DNA of 64,000 nt, from assembly GCA_965205485.1 (NCBI GenBank), contig OZ242180.1:640001-704000 (forward strand), read 5' to 3'. Below, in pieces: positions 18,718 to 28,536 of this stretch (its first letter is position 1; each line of letters begins with the position of its first letter). Origin of the DNA: Candidatus Latescibacterota bacterium (GTDB lineage Bacteria; Latescibacterota; UBA2968; GCA-2709665). The notes below the pieces were generated by a model that saw only the letters and a program-made list of their open reading frames with translations, ran no database searches and was not told the origin of the DNA. Both the position numbers and the translations under genes were made by a program.

Positions 18718-19909
18718 TGTTCTCGCGGGCTTTTTTTTATTGCACCTCGTTCCGGCGCCCGCGAACCCGGCGACGCTGACCGGCACGGTACGGGACAGCG
18801 CGACGCGTGCGCCATTGCCGTACGCGACGGTCGTTCTGCCTGGTTTGAAGCGTGGTGACCACACGGACCTCTATGGTCGCTTTTCCTTCACGGATCTTCC
18901 TCCTGGCCCGATCCGCGTTCAGATTTCGTTTGTCGGTTATCGGACCGTGCGCGGTGAGATCGTAGTTCCCGGCGCCGCCGGAAGCCGGCCGGACATCCTG
19001 CTTTCCCCGTCTCCGATGTCCCTCAAGTCCCACGTTGACATGCCGCGCCCGTCCCTGGACGCCCTTCTCGAAAAAATCGGTCGGGAACCCCGTGAAAACG
19101 TCTTCCACACGCGCTACGCGGACCTCGAGTCACATCGATTCGCATTGAACGGGACCCAGACCCTGTACGCCCACAACCGAGCAGGCGCTCACGTCCTGGC
19201 GCGGATCGACTACGACGGTCGGGGATTCTATCGGAACCCGGGGGAGATCGTCCAGGACATCACGGCGTACCGGTCGCGTCACGCGCCGGCGCAGCAATTC
19301 GGCATGCATCCCGGCGTCATCATCAACATCCGCAGCGGCCGCCTCAACGGCCGGGATTTCGACGTGGGTCCTCTGCCGCTGGAGACGGACGCCAGGCGGG
19401 ATTACCGCTATCGTCTTGTCAGTACCGTGCAGATGGGCGACGTGGCGGTGCACAAGATTCACGTCGAACCACGGAAAAGGCGACGCCCCGGACTTGAGGG
19501 GGCCATCTGGGTTTCCGCGAACGACTTTTCGCTGGTGGGCTACGACCTGCGCCTGAACAAAAAGGGCCGACGTCCGCTCGGCGTCCGGGAACTGCGCACC
19601 TATCAACAGAACGCGCTGTACTACGACCGATACTGGCTGCCGGTTCTGCAAACCGTGCGCATTACGACCGAGTCCGGCGCCCTGGCAGAACAGACCACGC
19701 GCATCGGCGGTTATACGTTGAATCCCGCGCTTGAAGACTCCCTCTTCAACCGGGACGCCTTTTCGATGCGTCCGGATGCGACCCGGCGAGGCGCGGCTTA
19801 TTGGAACGTCCGCGACGACAGCCTGGAGACCGCGCAGAGGCGGTCAGTGGAGATGCTGCTCGAGACAAATACCGTTCCCCAGGGTTGGAAACGCCTGTTG
19901 AGCCAATAG
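18695..19909 (+). CDS. Secreted protein with carboxypeptidase-regulatory-like N-terminal domain (DUF5686-like)
   Basis: Signal peptide; LTGTVRDSATRAPLPYATV...SFVGY; LEGAIWV, YWLP, AYWNVR. Confidence 0.7.
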   Translation: MFVRPFFNVLAGFFLLHLVPAPANPATLTGTVRDSATRAPLPYATVVLPGLKRGDHTDLYGRFSFTDLPPGPIRVQISFVGYRTVRGEIVVPGAAGSRPDILLSPSPMSLKSHVDMPRPSLDALLEKIGREPRENVFHTRYADLESHRFALNGTQTLYAHNRAGAHVLARIDYDGRGFYRNPGEIVQDITAYRSRHAPAQQFGMHPGVIINIRSGRLNGRDFDVGPLPLETDARRDYRYRLVSTVQMGDVAVHKIHVEPRKRRRPGLEGAIWVSANDFSLVGYDLRLNKKGRRPLGVRELRTYQQNALYYDRYWLPVLQTVRITTESGALAEQTTRIGGYTLNPALEDSLFNRDAFSMRPDATRRGAAYWNVRDDSLETAQRRSVEMLLETNTVPQGWKRLLSQ

Positions 19910-20013
19910 TTGACCGGCCGCGTGAACGGCGCGCCGGTTATCAGGCTGACGCGATACCGGATCGTGCCTCCAAAGGATGACCGCAGGCTGTGAGATCAAA
20001 CGAGGAACAACAG

Positions 20014-20775
20014 ATGCTGCAACAGACGACCGCACCGGAAGTACTCAACCGGATCCGCGTTGTCCTGGCAGGCGCCAAGGAGCCCGGCAACGTCGGGTCC
20101 GTAGCGCGCGCGATGAAGAATATGGGACTCTCGCGGCTCTACCTCGTGGATCCGCCGGACCATACCTGCGGCGACGCGCGAAAGATGGCTCACGGCTCCG
20201 GTGAGGTGCTCTACGGCGCCACCGTCTGTGAATCGCTCGAAGAGGCCCTTTCGGGAACGGTACTCTCTGTGGGCACAACGCACCGGAAACGGGAGCACTT
20301 CGACGTCCTGTACGGCCCGCGGCACGCGGCGGAAAAGCTGGTCTCCCTGCCCTCGGAAAAAGAAGCCGCCCTCGTTTTCGGCCGGGAGGAAAACGGTCTG
20401 ACCAACAATGAACTGGGTCTTTGCAGCATAGTCGCCAATATCCCCACCGCACACAGATATCCCTCGCTGAACCTCTCGCAGGCCGTCCTCATCTTCGGCT
20501 ATGAACTCTACCGCGCGGCTGCGAAGCCGGTCGAGCAACCGGAGCTGGATCTGCCGACGTTTGAAGAGATGGAATCGCTCTACGCCCACGTCGATTCCGC
20601 ACTGGACAAGCTGGGCTTCCCCGCCGACTATATGCCCAAGGCGTTCCCCCGGTCCATCCGGCGCCTCTTCGGCCGCACATCCATGGATCGTCGGGACGTT
20701 GCCACGCTGCACCGCATCTTCCGCCAGATCGACAAGTTCGTCGCCGTACACAAATCAGACGCGGAATCAAGATGA
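20014..20775 (+). CDS. trmJ: SPOUT tRNA/rRNA methyltransferase, TrmJ/LasT type
   Basis: PGNVGSVARAMKNMG, ALVFGREENGL, YPSLNLSQAV. Confidence 0.85.
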   Translation: MLQQTTAPEVLNRIRVVLAGAKEPGNVGSVARAMKNMGLSRLYLVDPPDHTCGDARKMAHGSGEVLYGATVCESLEEALSGTVLSVGTTHRKREHFDVLYGPRHAAEKLVSLPSEKEAALVFGREENGLTNNELGLCSIVANIPTAHRYPSLNLSQAVLIFGYELYRAAAKPVEQPELDLPTFEEMESLYAHVDSALDKLGFPADYMPKAFPRSIRRLFGRTSMDRRDVATLHRIFRQIDKFVAVHKSDAESR

Positions 20776-20833
20776 TCCCACGTCCAAATGTGTGCTCCCT
20801 GCGTGCTCCGTCACGCAGTCGCCCGATTTTCCA

Positions 20834-21329
20834 CTACTTCCCCACGACTCTGCTTCGCCGTTCCATCAGGACGACGTCTCGCCAGACCCCGTTGAGCTTC
20901 CCCAATCGTTCCTGCCTGCCGACCTCCCGGAACCCGAATGCCCTCTGGAGCGCGATGCTGGCGGCGTTCTCCGGAAACACCCCTCCCTGAAGGGTCCAGA
21001 TCCCCTCTCGCTCTGACGCGTCGACCAGTTCCCGCATCAGGGCCTTGCCGACGCCCTCTTCCCCTGAAGCCGGATCCCACGTACACGCTGACTTCCGCGA
21101 CGCCCGAGTGGACGCACCGGCTCGAGACCGGACTCAGGGCGGCCCACCCCGCAATCTCGCCGTCTATCCGGGCGACAAGCCGGCACACCTCCAGATGACT
21201 GCTGTCCCAGGCGTCCCAATCGGGGACTTCCGTGTCGAATGACGCATGTCCCGTGGCGATGCCATCCTCGAGAATCCGGCGCACTGTCTCCCAGTCTTCA
21301 GGTATCATTGGCGTTACGATAGGATTCAT
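20834..21329 (-). pseudogene. Phosphinothricin-acetyltransferase-like GNAT with +1 frameshift (or sequencing error)
   Basis: MNPIVTPM...AEVSVYVGSGFRGRG joins VGKALMRELV...FPENAASIAL...WRDVVLMERRS if one G of the run at 21054-21056 is removed. Confidence 0.8.
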
Positions 21330-21354
21330 CGGCGAGTTTCCCGTCGCGTGATGA

Positions 21355-22251
21355 TTAAAGGCGGTGGGGCAAGTACCTGAAGAGATGCGTCTGCCACTGC
21401 GAAAGGGGGCTCCTGCCGGTCCTTTCGTAGAACGCCAGGGAATCCCCCGCATTCATGGCCTGAGAGCGTCGTAATGGATTGCAGAATTCGTACTTGAACC
21501 CTCCCCTGGACTCTTCTCTCGCGTACACCTTCAGGGCGTTCAGAAGGTCGGGTCGCCCGAGGTCGAAAGGGACGCACGCGCTTCTTGCCAAGATTCCTTC
21601 GTGGAAGAACCCCGGGACGTCGCGCTCCAGCCCCGCAATCCTTCGACGGCCGTATTGATACGAAATGCTGAGGAAGACCAGGCCGCCGTCGCGCAGAAAC
21701 TCCCGGGCGCCCCGCAGGACCGTCCGTCTGTATCCGAATCCGTCATCGTCTTCGCTCGAAATTGGGTTGGCGATCAGGAAATCTGCGCGGCCCTTGAGCG
21801 ATTCGAGAGTACGCCTGTCGCCATCCGCGAACGGCGCGTAGGAATCCGACCGCATGAACTCTACTCTTCCTCCGACGCCGTTCAACCTGGCGTTCCTACG
21901 GGCGACGGACACGTTGGTTTCGTCGATTTCCAGCCCGACGACGCGGGTTACCCCGGGTGTCCGCGCGGCCATGATGGACAGGCATCCGCCGCCGCTTCCC
22001 CAGTCGATGCCTGATCCCTCGAGCAGGTGTCCGTGGCCGGCGATCGCTTCAATGGAAATCATGCTGGCCGGCGTAATGGGCGTGGTGCCCGGTGGATGCA
22101 TGAGCGTGATCTCGCCAAGGCCAGCCGTGACCTCGTCGCCCAGCGTCGTCTCATTACTCTTTCGCGGAAAGGAATCATCACTGCCGGAAGCCGTTCGTTC
22201 GTTTCTCCCACGCTTCGCCATCAATTTCATCTCCCAACTGAATTCATCCAT
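21355..22251 (-). CDS. Class I SAM-dependent methyltransferase
   Basis: IDWGSGGGCLS motif I, VVGLEID, DFLIANP; start may be 22221. Confidence 0.75.
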   Translation of the reverse strand: MDEFSWEMKLMAKRGRNERTASGSDDSFPRKSNETTLGDEVTAGLGEITLMHPPGTTPITPASMISIEAIAGHGHLLEGSGIDWGSGGGCLSIMAARTPGVTRVVGLEIDETNVSVARRNARLNGVGGRVEFMRSDSYAPFADGDRRTLESLKGRADFLIANPISSEDDDGFGYRRTVLRGAREFLRDGGLVFLSISYQYGRRRIAGLERDVPGFFHEGILARSACVPFDLGRPDLLNALKVYAREESRGGFKYEFCNPLRRSQAMNAGDSLAFYERTGRSPLSQWQTHLFRYLPHRL

Positions 22252-22269
22252 GTGTCTGTCGAATTCTGA

Positions 22270-22652
22270 CTACCCGCTGGTACCGTCGTTTCTACGATGG
22301 ATGCAGAGCAGGTTCCCCCACGGGTCCTTGATCCAGGCCATGCGGCAACTTCCGCTATCGGCCGGCTCCATCACAATCCTGACGCCCTTCCCGCGCAATT
22401 CTTCCACCGCCTCGTCCACGTCGTCCACCGCAAGCGCGATCCCAGGTCGTCCCGCCTCCTCGTCCCATCGGACCAGCGCCAGGCTGACTGGACGCGTGTC
22501 GAATTCCGTCCACGTGTCCCGGCTTCCGTCACCCTCGATCACACCGTCGTCGATGAAATCCTGATCGATCCCAAGACTTCGCGATAGAAACGAACCGCCT
22601 CTCTCGTATCGGTCACGTGGGAAATTACGAAGTCGATCGCCTTGACTTTCAC
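22270..22652 (-). pseudogene. VOC/glyoxalase family protein with -1 frameshift (or sequencing error)
   Basis: GGAGGAGG SD then GTG: MKVKAIDFVISHVTDTREAVRFYREVLG. Adding one G at 22570-22572 continues into IDQDF...IALAVDDVDEAVEELRGKGV...IKDPWGNLLCIH. Confidence 0.75.
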
Positions 22653-22703
22653 GGATCGCACCCTCCTCCGAGACTGTCGCGTCGCACAGCGCCCTGACAT
22701 TCC

Positions 22704-23187
22704 TCAACTCTTCAGCTTTCTTCTCCATCATGATGACGTCCCGCACGATCCCGCAGGACAACCGTTCCGGAGACCGGCCTGCCTCTGTGTATCCGTTGGC
22801 GCGGTAGAAGCGGGGCGCCGCGACGTTGTATTCCGTATAACACAGCCGGGCGGTGTGATGACCGGCGAGCTGAATCTCCTCCTCGGCCACCTGCAACAGT
22901 ATACTCCCGATGCCGCGTCTCTGGAAGGAGGGATGAACCCACAGATCGGCGACTTCGCGGCCGTCTGTGCTCGTCAGACCGAGAATTCGTGACTGGTGTT
23001 CCGCGACCGTGACCTTCGGCCAGATTTCCGGAAACCGCGTCCGTTCGAAATCACCCTCGATCCAATCGCGCACAGCCTCGATCGGCGCCAGTTCGCAGTT
23101 TCCGGACAGCCAGGACCGCTGCGCCAGGTCGATAAGCGCCGGTACGTCCGCATCAACCGCGCGACGGGTCTCAACCGCGAGTTTCAT
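22704..23187 (-). CDS. GNAT family N-acetyltransferase (3' end frameshifted)
   Basis: LWVHPSFQRRGIGSILL acetyl-CoA motif, RFYRANGY. A natural end MEKKLKS* appears if one A at 22717-22719 is removed. Confidence 0.75.
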
Positions 23188-23903
23188 TGACTTCTCTCCG
23201 CGTGTGCCAGCTGTTTCATCAGAACGGTCCATAGGCCCGGGATGCCGAGGACTTCGGCGTCCTTGGGACAAGCCTTCATCTGCCGTAATTCGACGACCGC
23301 GAAATAGCGCTGCAATATGCCTCTCAATCGATCTTCAGAGTAGCCGATGCCCGGGGGCATCTCTCCACGTTTGTATATTTCCCGGTCTTCGACGGGCTGA
23401 CCGCCAGTCGTGTCGAAGCAGGCCATGCCGAAGAATCCATCCGGCTGCAGCACCCGCCGAACCAGGTCGAGATAGTATTGCCTTTGATGAGGCTGAAGAT
23501 GATGAAACAGACCGGAATCATACGCGATGTCATAATGGTTCTGTGGTAACGATACGTCAAAGACCGACCCGACGATGAACTTGACGCGAACCCGCCCTTC
23601 CCCTGCGGCCTGACGACCTCTCGTAATCGCCGTCCGCGACAGATCGATGGCGTCAACCCGGAAGCCTGCTTTCGCCAAATAGATCGCGTTCCGGCCGATC
23701 CCGCATCCCAGATCGATTGCCCTTCCGGACTCGAGGCGCCCCTGCTCTACGAATCCGACCAGATTCTCATCCGGGACATTCCTTAGAAATGGCGGCGTCC
23801 GCGTACCCTCTGCGTAGAAGGACTCCCAGTCCACCTTCGTGGCAAGAGAATGATCGAGAAACGCCGTGGTTTCATTTTTAGGATTTGGTTTCCGGGCACA
23901 CAT
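23184..23903 (-). CDS. Class I SAM-dependent methyltransferase (TPMT/TehB-like)
   Basis: AIDLGCGIGRNAIYLA, YDSGLFHH. Start uncertain; the upstream ORF extension runs into a REP pair. Confidence 0.8.
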   Translation of the reverse strand: MCARKPNPKNETTAFLDHSLATKVDWESFYAEGTRTPPFLRNVPDENLVGFVEQGRLESGRAIDLGCGIGRNAIYLAKAGFRVDAIDLSRTAITRGRQAAGEGRVRVKFIVGSVFDVSLPQNHYDIAYDSGLFHHLQPHQRQYYLDLVRRVLQPDGFFGMACFDTTGGQPVEDREIYKRGEMPPGIGYSEDRLRGILQRYFAVVELRQMKACPKDAEVLGIPGLWTVLMKQLAHAERSQ

Positions 23904-23953
23904 GTCCAAAATCGTCTTTCCCACCGCTATCACGACATGATCCACCTGTAACC

Positions 23954-24101
23954 GGAGCGAGGGCATCCTGCCCTCGAACTTCGCATCATCTATCCCTATT
24001 CGCGTCGAGGGACTGACGCGTCCATTCAATCCGACACCGGTTCACGGAAAACACCGTGTGCGACGAATTATCCGACGTCGAGGGCAGGATGCCCTCGCTC
24101 C
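23954..24101. repeat. REP doublet (REPIN-like): two 24-bp perfect inverted copies 100 bp apart
   Basis: GGAGCGAGGGCATCCTGCCCTCGA at 23954-23977 and its exact reverse complement at 24078-24101; each copy is itself a hairpin. Confidence 0.8.
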
Positions 24102-24309
24102 CGGGAACGCCAACGACACCGGCCCCAAATCTGTTCCTGTCTTGGACAGTCGTGGCCAAAAGAACGGAACCTGCATTGGCACTTCGAGACGACTTTCAAT
24201 AAAAACAGGTACTTACGCATCCAAGGTCGTCCTTCCGAACCTATCCTGGACAGCAGTGCTCGCCAATGTTCAATTTGAACCGCGTTCAGTTCGTCGCGAG
24301 TTGCGCGTT

Positions 24310-25032
24310 TCAACATGAGTTGTTCGACAATTCGGGTGCGAAAGGGAATTCTCCCCGATCCAGCCGATCCGAACAGTCGATCATGAAATCGATCAACCGG
24401 TGTCGGCTGCTGCCTGTAAACGGATTGCACATTTGGCTTTCCCAATAGGTGGCCGGCGCGTTGTCTTTGAGGTGATCCACCAGGGCAAGAAGATTTCGTG
24501 CGGCGGGCGATGCCTCAAACGCCTCACGATCTTCTTCGTTCATCATGTCGTCAAGCGCCATACCCAAGAAGTGCGCCATGGCGATCAGGCTGTTTCTCCG
24601 GTCGTGTTCCTCCGCAGACATCCGCTGGAATCTGACGCCCCTTCCGGCGATAAATTCGAGAATTCGGGGATCGGGATCGCCAAAGCATCCGCCGGCGTGC
24701 ACCCCGAACCAGCGACACTTCAAATTCCGCATCTTGTACTCAGCAGAAATCCTTGCGGAACACATGTCGAACACACAGGCATCCCTGCCTATGCAACGAT
24801 TCAGTCGTTGGACGTAACCCTCAAGAGCAAAAACGGGAACGGCGAGGAAGACATAGTCGGAACTCGCCGCACAGGAATCGAAATCCGTCACAGGCGTGCA
24901 ACCCGATTTCGCAATGTCGTCTCCAACGTCCCGAAGGGAGTAGACGTGAACATCGAACCCTCGGGTGAAGACCTTCGCAAACTTCCGCCCCATCCTGCCG
25001 TAGCCGACAACCATCAGCTTCGATTTCGACAT
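24310..25032 (-). CDS. Prephenate/arogenate dehydrogenase-like protein
   Basis: VVGYGRMG, VFLAVPV, DMCS, MSAEEHDR, AMAHFLG. Confidence 0.65.
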   Translation of the reverse strand: MSKSKLMVVGYGRMGRKFAKVFTRGFDVHVYSLRDVGDDIAKSGCTPVTDFDSCAASSDYVFLAVPVFALEGYVQRLNRCIGRDACVFDMCSARISAEYKMRNLKCRWFGVHAGGCFGDPDPRILEFIAGRGVRFQRMSAEEHDRRNSLIAMAHFLGMALDDMMNEEDREAFEASPAARNLLALVDHLKDNAPATYWESQMCNPFTGSSRHRLIDFMIDCSDRLDRGEFPFAPELSNNSC

Positions 25033-25261
25033 CGAATTTTCTCCTGAAGATGCCGACCCATGTCCGCTTTCTTGATCTGCGCAGCGCCTGGATATTCAGA
25101 TCCAAAACGTCACTCGGGGATGCTTGCCGGCCGATTCAAGTCCAGCCAAAACATGCAACCCCGAGATTTCATTACCCTAATCATCATGACACTGGTAAAC
25201 GCTGGCGATCGCCGCCAGAGCCGGACGACTCCGTAGTAAGTGGTCCGGCACAATAGCGAAT

Positions 25262-25591
25262 CTACCCGGCGGGGAAGACCCGCACCACCTGACCAGGTCG
25301 AATTCTCGAAAGCACTCGTTCGAGTTCCGGTACGACCTGAATCAGGTCGTCAAGCGCTTCGCTGGATGTACGCAATACCGCCACGGCCAGGTCGAATTGT
25401 CGAACCGGCTGTTGATAAGGTAGATTGTCGTCCATTGTAACCAGAACATCGAAATGTCGTTGAGCTACACGAAGTAATTCGCCGTTTTTCAACCCCTTCC
25501 AGCCCCGGTACTCCACGGTTTCGACCTCTACTTCCGAACGAAAGTAGAGCCGTAAGCCTACGGGTATATCTTCAACGAGAAGCACCCGCAT
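25262..25591 (-). CDS. DUF5615-type PIN-like toxin
   Basis: MRVLLVEDIP...GWKGLKNGELL...FDVLVTMDDNL; overlaps the DUF433 gene. Confidence 0.8.
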   Translation of the reverse strand: MRVLLVEDIPVGLRLYFRSEVEVETVEYRGWKGLKNGELLRVAQRHFDVLVTMDDNLPYQQPVRQFDLAVAVLRTSSEALDDLIQVVPELERVLSRIRPGQVVRVFPAG

Positions 25592-25832
25592 TCTGCATCC
25601 TCAAGTGATCCAATCCCTCCGCCGAGAGTTCGAGATATGATTCGATCTGCCATCGCTGTACCGAAGGAAATTCCTTGAGATACTCCTCGATCGAATACCC
25701 CCCTTTAAGATAACACACAAGGCTGCCTACCGGAACACGCGTGCCTGCGAAAACGAGGTCCCCACTGTGAATTTCAGGATCACGTGAAACGACCTTTTGC
25801 AAGTTGATCGTGTTTCGTTCTCGATCCGCCAT
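25572..25832 (-). CDS. DUF433 antitoxin
   Basis: VSRDPEIHSGDLVFAGTRVPV...GYSIEEYLKEFPSV. Confidence 0.85.
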   Translation of the reverse strand: MADRERNTINLQKVVSRDPEIHSGDLVFAGTRVPVGSLVCYLKGGYSIEEYLKEFPSVQRWQIESYLELSAEGLDHLRMQNAGASR

Positions 25833-25971
25833 TGCGCAGTCTCCGATTCCAGTCAACTCGATTGTCAGACGTCTGAAATGCCCTGAAAATATACGGTCCG
25901 TCGAATCAAGATACAAGGGGCCAGGACAATTATTCGAGAGGAATCCCGTTCTCCACTGGCAACTCACACCA

Positions 25972-26691
25972 CTACCAATGCGAATCCCCGAGATGGCCCT
26001 TCATATCGAGATTGAGCGCGCCGGCGATTCTATGCGCGAAGGCGCGTACACCGGGCAGTTCGGTATAGTTGTGTGAATACACCAATACGTTGACGTCTTT
26101 ATATTTCGAGTACTCCAGGAGGTAGAGATTCGTCTCCCCGGTGACGTAGAGGTCGATATCGTGACTCAGCGCATCTCTTACAAGCGTGGTATAGATTCCC
26201 GCGCCGGTTGCCGCTGCCACCCTCAGCACAGGACGGCCGGCGTCGTGCATTCTGCAGGGCTCTTCGGACAACAGTGATGTGAGGCTCGCGCGCACCGTAG
26301 CCAGACTGCCGGGTTCGGAGAATTCGCCCACTCTCGCTTCAGCATGAGGCAATACCGCCACCTGAGAACAACCCAGCTCCGACAGCAGCGTTGCGGAGGT
26401 CCCGAAATCCGCAAGGTCCAGAGGGAGGTGCGCCCACACGTGCGTGAGTCGGTATTCCTTCAACAGGGATTGGACCTCGTCCCGCTGCTCGAACATGAAA
26501 TCCCACGCGTCGTGGTGAGTGACGATGAGGTCCACGCTCAGTTCGACGGCCGTCCGAATCGTCTCAGGCGTAATCGTCGTCGCATAGCCCACGGTGGAGG
26601 GGTGGTCGCAATAATCGGCAATTCCCCATTCATCCGGGTGGGCGTCAAGCAGTTCCCTGCCGAACAGGTCATCCAGAATCTCGCTGATCAT
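25972..26691 (-). CDS. Nif3-like dinuclear metal centre protein
   Basis: DLIVTHH, AHLPLD, YVTGE, SHNYTE. Confidence 0.85.
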   Translation of the reverse strand: MISEILDDLFGRELLDAHPDEWGIADYCDHPSTVGYATTITPETIRTAVELSVDLIVTHHDAWDFMFEQRDEVQSLLKEYRLTHVWAHLPLDLADFGTSATLLSELGCSQVAVLPHAEARVGEFSEPGSLATVRASLTSLLSEEPCRMHDAGRPVLRVAAATGAGIYTTLVRDALSHDIDLYVTGETNLYLLEYSKYKDVNVLVYSHNYTELPGVRAFAHRIAGALNLDMKGHLGDSHW

Positions 26692-26764
26692 AAGTTCGCC
26701 CCGTGTTTTCCCGGTCCATCTCCCGCAGCCCGGGTACCGATCTGTACCCCAACCGACGAACCAT

Positions 26765-26806
26765 AGAAACAAGACCACACACACAAGTGTGTGTGGTCTT
26801 GTTTCT
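26765..26806. repeat. Perfect 20-bp inverted repeat with 2-nt spacer
   Basis: AGAAACAAGACCACACACAC-AA-GTGTGTGTGGTCTTGTTTCT. Confidence 0.9.
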
Positions 26807-26814
26807 CCCCTGTT

Positions 26815-27702
26815 TCACAGCACCATCCACACGCCACCCACACAGAGTACCACGCCCGCCACCAGCGGCAGCGTCAGCTTCTCCTTGAGCAGGAACACCG
26901 ACATCAGCATCCCCAGGACCGGAGACACAGACGCCAGGGTGGCCATCTTGGCGGGGCCGATCCGGGCGATCGCCATCACATACAGCAATGACCCGGCGCC
27001 CACGCCCACAATCCCGCTTGCGGCAACGACCAGCAGCGCCCGCCGGTCGATATCCCGGATGCGCATAACCGGACCCGCCCATGCCCGTGTCAGGAAGAGA
27101 ACCGCGGCCGTGAGCGGCACCCGGACGCTGTTGGCCTGTACCGACGTCATATTCGCAATCGCCGGTTTGAGCATCACCGTACTCAGACCCCAGAGCAGGC
27201 AGGCGAACAGCGCGAGGAAAACGCCAAGGACGAGCCGGTCCGGCCGCTCGCGCTCAGGCTGTCGAGACCGGCTGGATAGAAAGATGACCCCCACGGCCAC
27301 CAGGCAGATCCCGAGAAAGAAGCGACGGCTGAACGGGTTGTCGAGCAGGGCCCACTCGAAGAAAAAAGTGGACAGAGGGAAGGTTCCCGACAGCGCCATC
27401 GCGCGCGATACGCCGATCTCCCTGATCGCCGCGAGGTACATCGTTTCGCCAACGGCCATTCCGATCAGCAGGCCGCCCAACAGAAGGGCCCATTCCGTTC
27501 CGGTTACCAGCACGTAGCTGGAAAGCGGCGGCCCGAACGGAAGCAGCATCCAGAAGAAGACTGTGGCCACGGCGCACCGGATGCCGTTCATCATCGCCGG
27601 CGGAATGGCCTGCGACTGCGTGCGGACCATCAGGCTGTTCACCGCCCAGACCAGCGAACAGGACAGGCCAAAGATCTCACCCGCTGAGATTGAGAACCCC
27701 AA
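26815..27702 (-). CDS. DMT/EamA family transporter
   Basis: About 10 hydrophobic segments in two EamA repeats (AIREIGVSRA, AIARIGPAK, FLLKEKL). Start uncertain (TTG 27702 chosen). Confidence 0.85.
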   Translation of the reverse strand: MGFSISAGEIFGLSCSLVWAVNSLMVRTQSQAIPPAMMNGIRCAVATVFFWMLLPFGPPLSSYVLVTGTEWALLLGGLLIGMAVGETMYLAAIREIGVSRAMALSGTFPLSTFFFEWALLDNPFSRRFFLGICLVAVGVIFLSSRSRQPERERPDRLVLGVFLALFACLLWGLSTVMLKPAIANMTSVQANSVRVPLTAAVLFLTRAWAGPVMRIRDIDRRALLVVAASGIVGVGAGSLLYVMAIARIGPAKMATLASVSPVLGMLMSVFLLKEKLTLPLVAGVVLCVGGVWMVL

Positions 27703-27779
27703 TTTGAAGCCCCACGCGAGTTCTGATGTATCAGTACCTGGCCAGTAAGGGAGGTGATTTCGAGATTCGTTACCGGATG

Positions 27780-27970
27780 ACAGTCGGATTGGCCACAAAA
27801 AGCCTGAATGCGGGTAGAGGGTAGACCAAAGGCGGTGAGACGGTAGCCGGTAGAGGGTAGAGATTACCTGCCTTGTGAGGCTTCTCTTCGTGCCGGAGGC
27901 AAGGAGGGATAAATTCGCCGGCAAGGATATCTTCTACCGTCTTACGTCTCCCGTCTACCCGCTTCTGAGG
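27780..27970. repeat. Heptamer-armed repeat element family B, copy 1
   Basis: Left arm GGTAGAG/GGTAGAC/GGTGAGAC units, right arm complementary TCTACC units; homologous to 59462-59702. Confidence 0.75.
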
Positions 27971-28094
27971 TGACGGGGGGGAGAGGTTCCGAACATGCCC
28001 AGCGACCTGGTGTATCCTGATAATCCGCGGTCAAATCGCCTTTATCAACTTGCCTGTATTCGAATTAACGTCCACGAAGACTGCCGAATCCTGG

Positions 28095-28502
28095 TCAGAC
28101 TTCGTACTTCCGGGTCGTGTCAGGGCCGCCGGGCTCGTTGGCGATAACGTAGAAAACCAGATCCTCGGAGTCGCTCCCATTCCGGATCCGGTGCCGGGTG
28201 CCGGCGGGCTGCATGAAGCAGTCTCCGGCGACGGCTTCGGTGGATTCGCCTTCACGATCGACCACGGCTCGGCCCGATACGACGATGAAGAACTCCCACA
28301 TCCGGGCGTGTGAATGCACGGGGCATGGGCGCGCGCCGGGGGGAAGACGCGTCAGTTCCACGTCGAATGGATGTGGCGATTCCGGGGTGTTCCCCAGTGC
28401 GACCGAGACATGGCGACGATAGCGTTCGTAGTTTCCGGTGCTCCAGGTCCATTTCTGATGTTCTTCAGGCACGTCGTCCAGATTGATCTTCCACGGCGTC
28501 AT
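28095..28502 (-). CDS. Cupin domain protein
   Basis: LPPGARPCPVHSH..WEFFIVVSG and PAGTRHRIRN cupin motifs. Confidence 0.85.
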   Translation of the reverse strand: MTPWKINLDDVPEEHQKWTWSTGNYERYRRHVSVALGNTPESPHPFDVELTRLPPGARPCPVHSHARMWEFFIVVSGRAVVDREGESTEAVAGDCFMQPAGTRHRIRNGSDSEDLVFYVIANEPGGPDTTRKYEV

Positions 28503-28536
28503 GAGTCGCGCACCTCCTGGTGTGGTTTGTTGTTTT

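Noticed and set aside
22270..23271. 333-aa GNAT-glyoxalase fusion as a novel protein
   Set aside because: The real VOC N-terminus and SD lie in another frame; two single-base indels explain the ORF.
27801..27970. CRISPR array from the GGTAGA units (also 59462-59680)
   Set aside because: Units are about 7 bp, degenerate and lack unique spacers; no cas genes are in the window.
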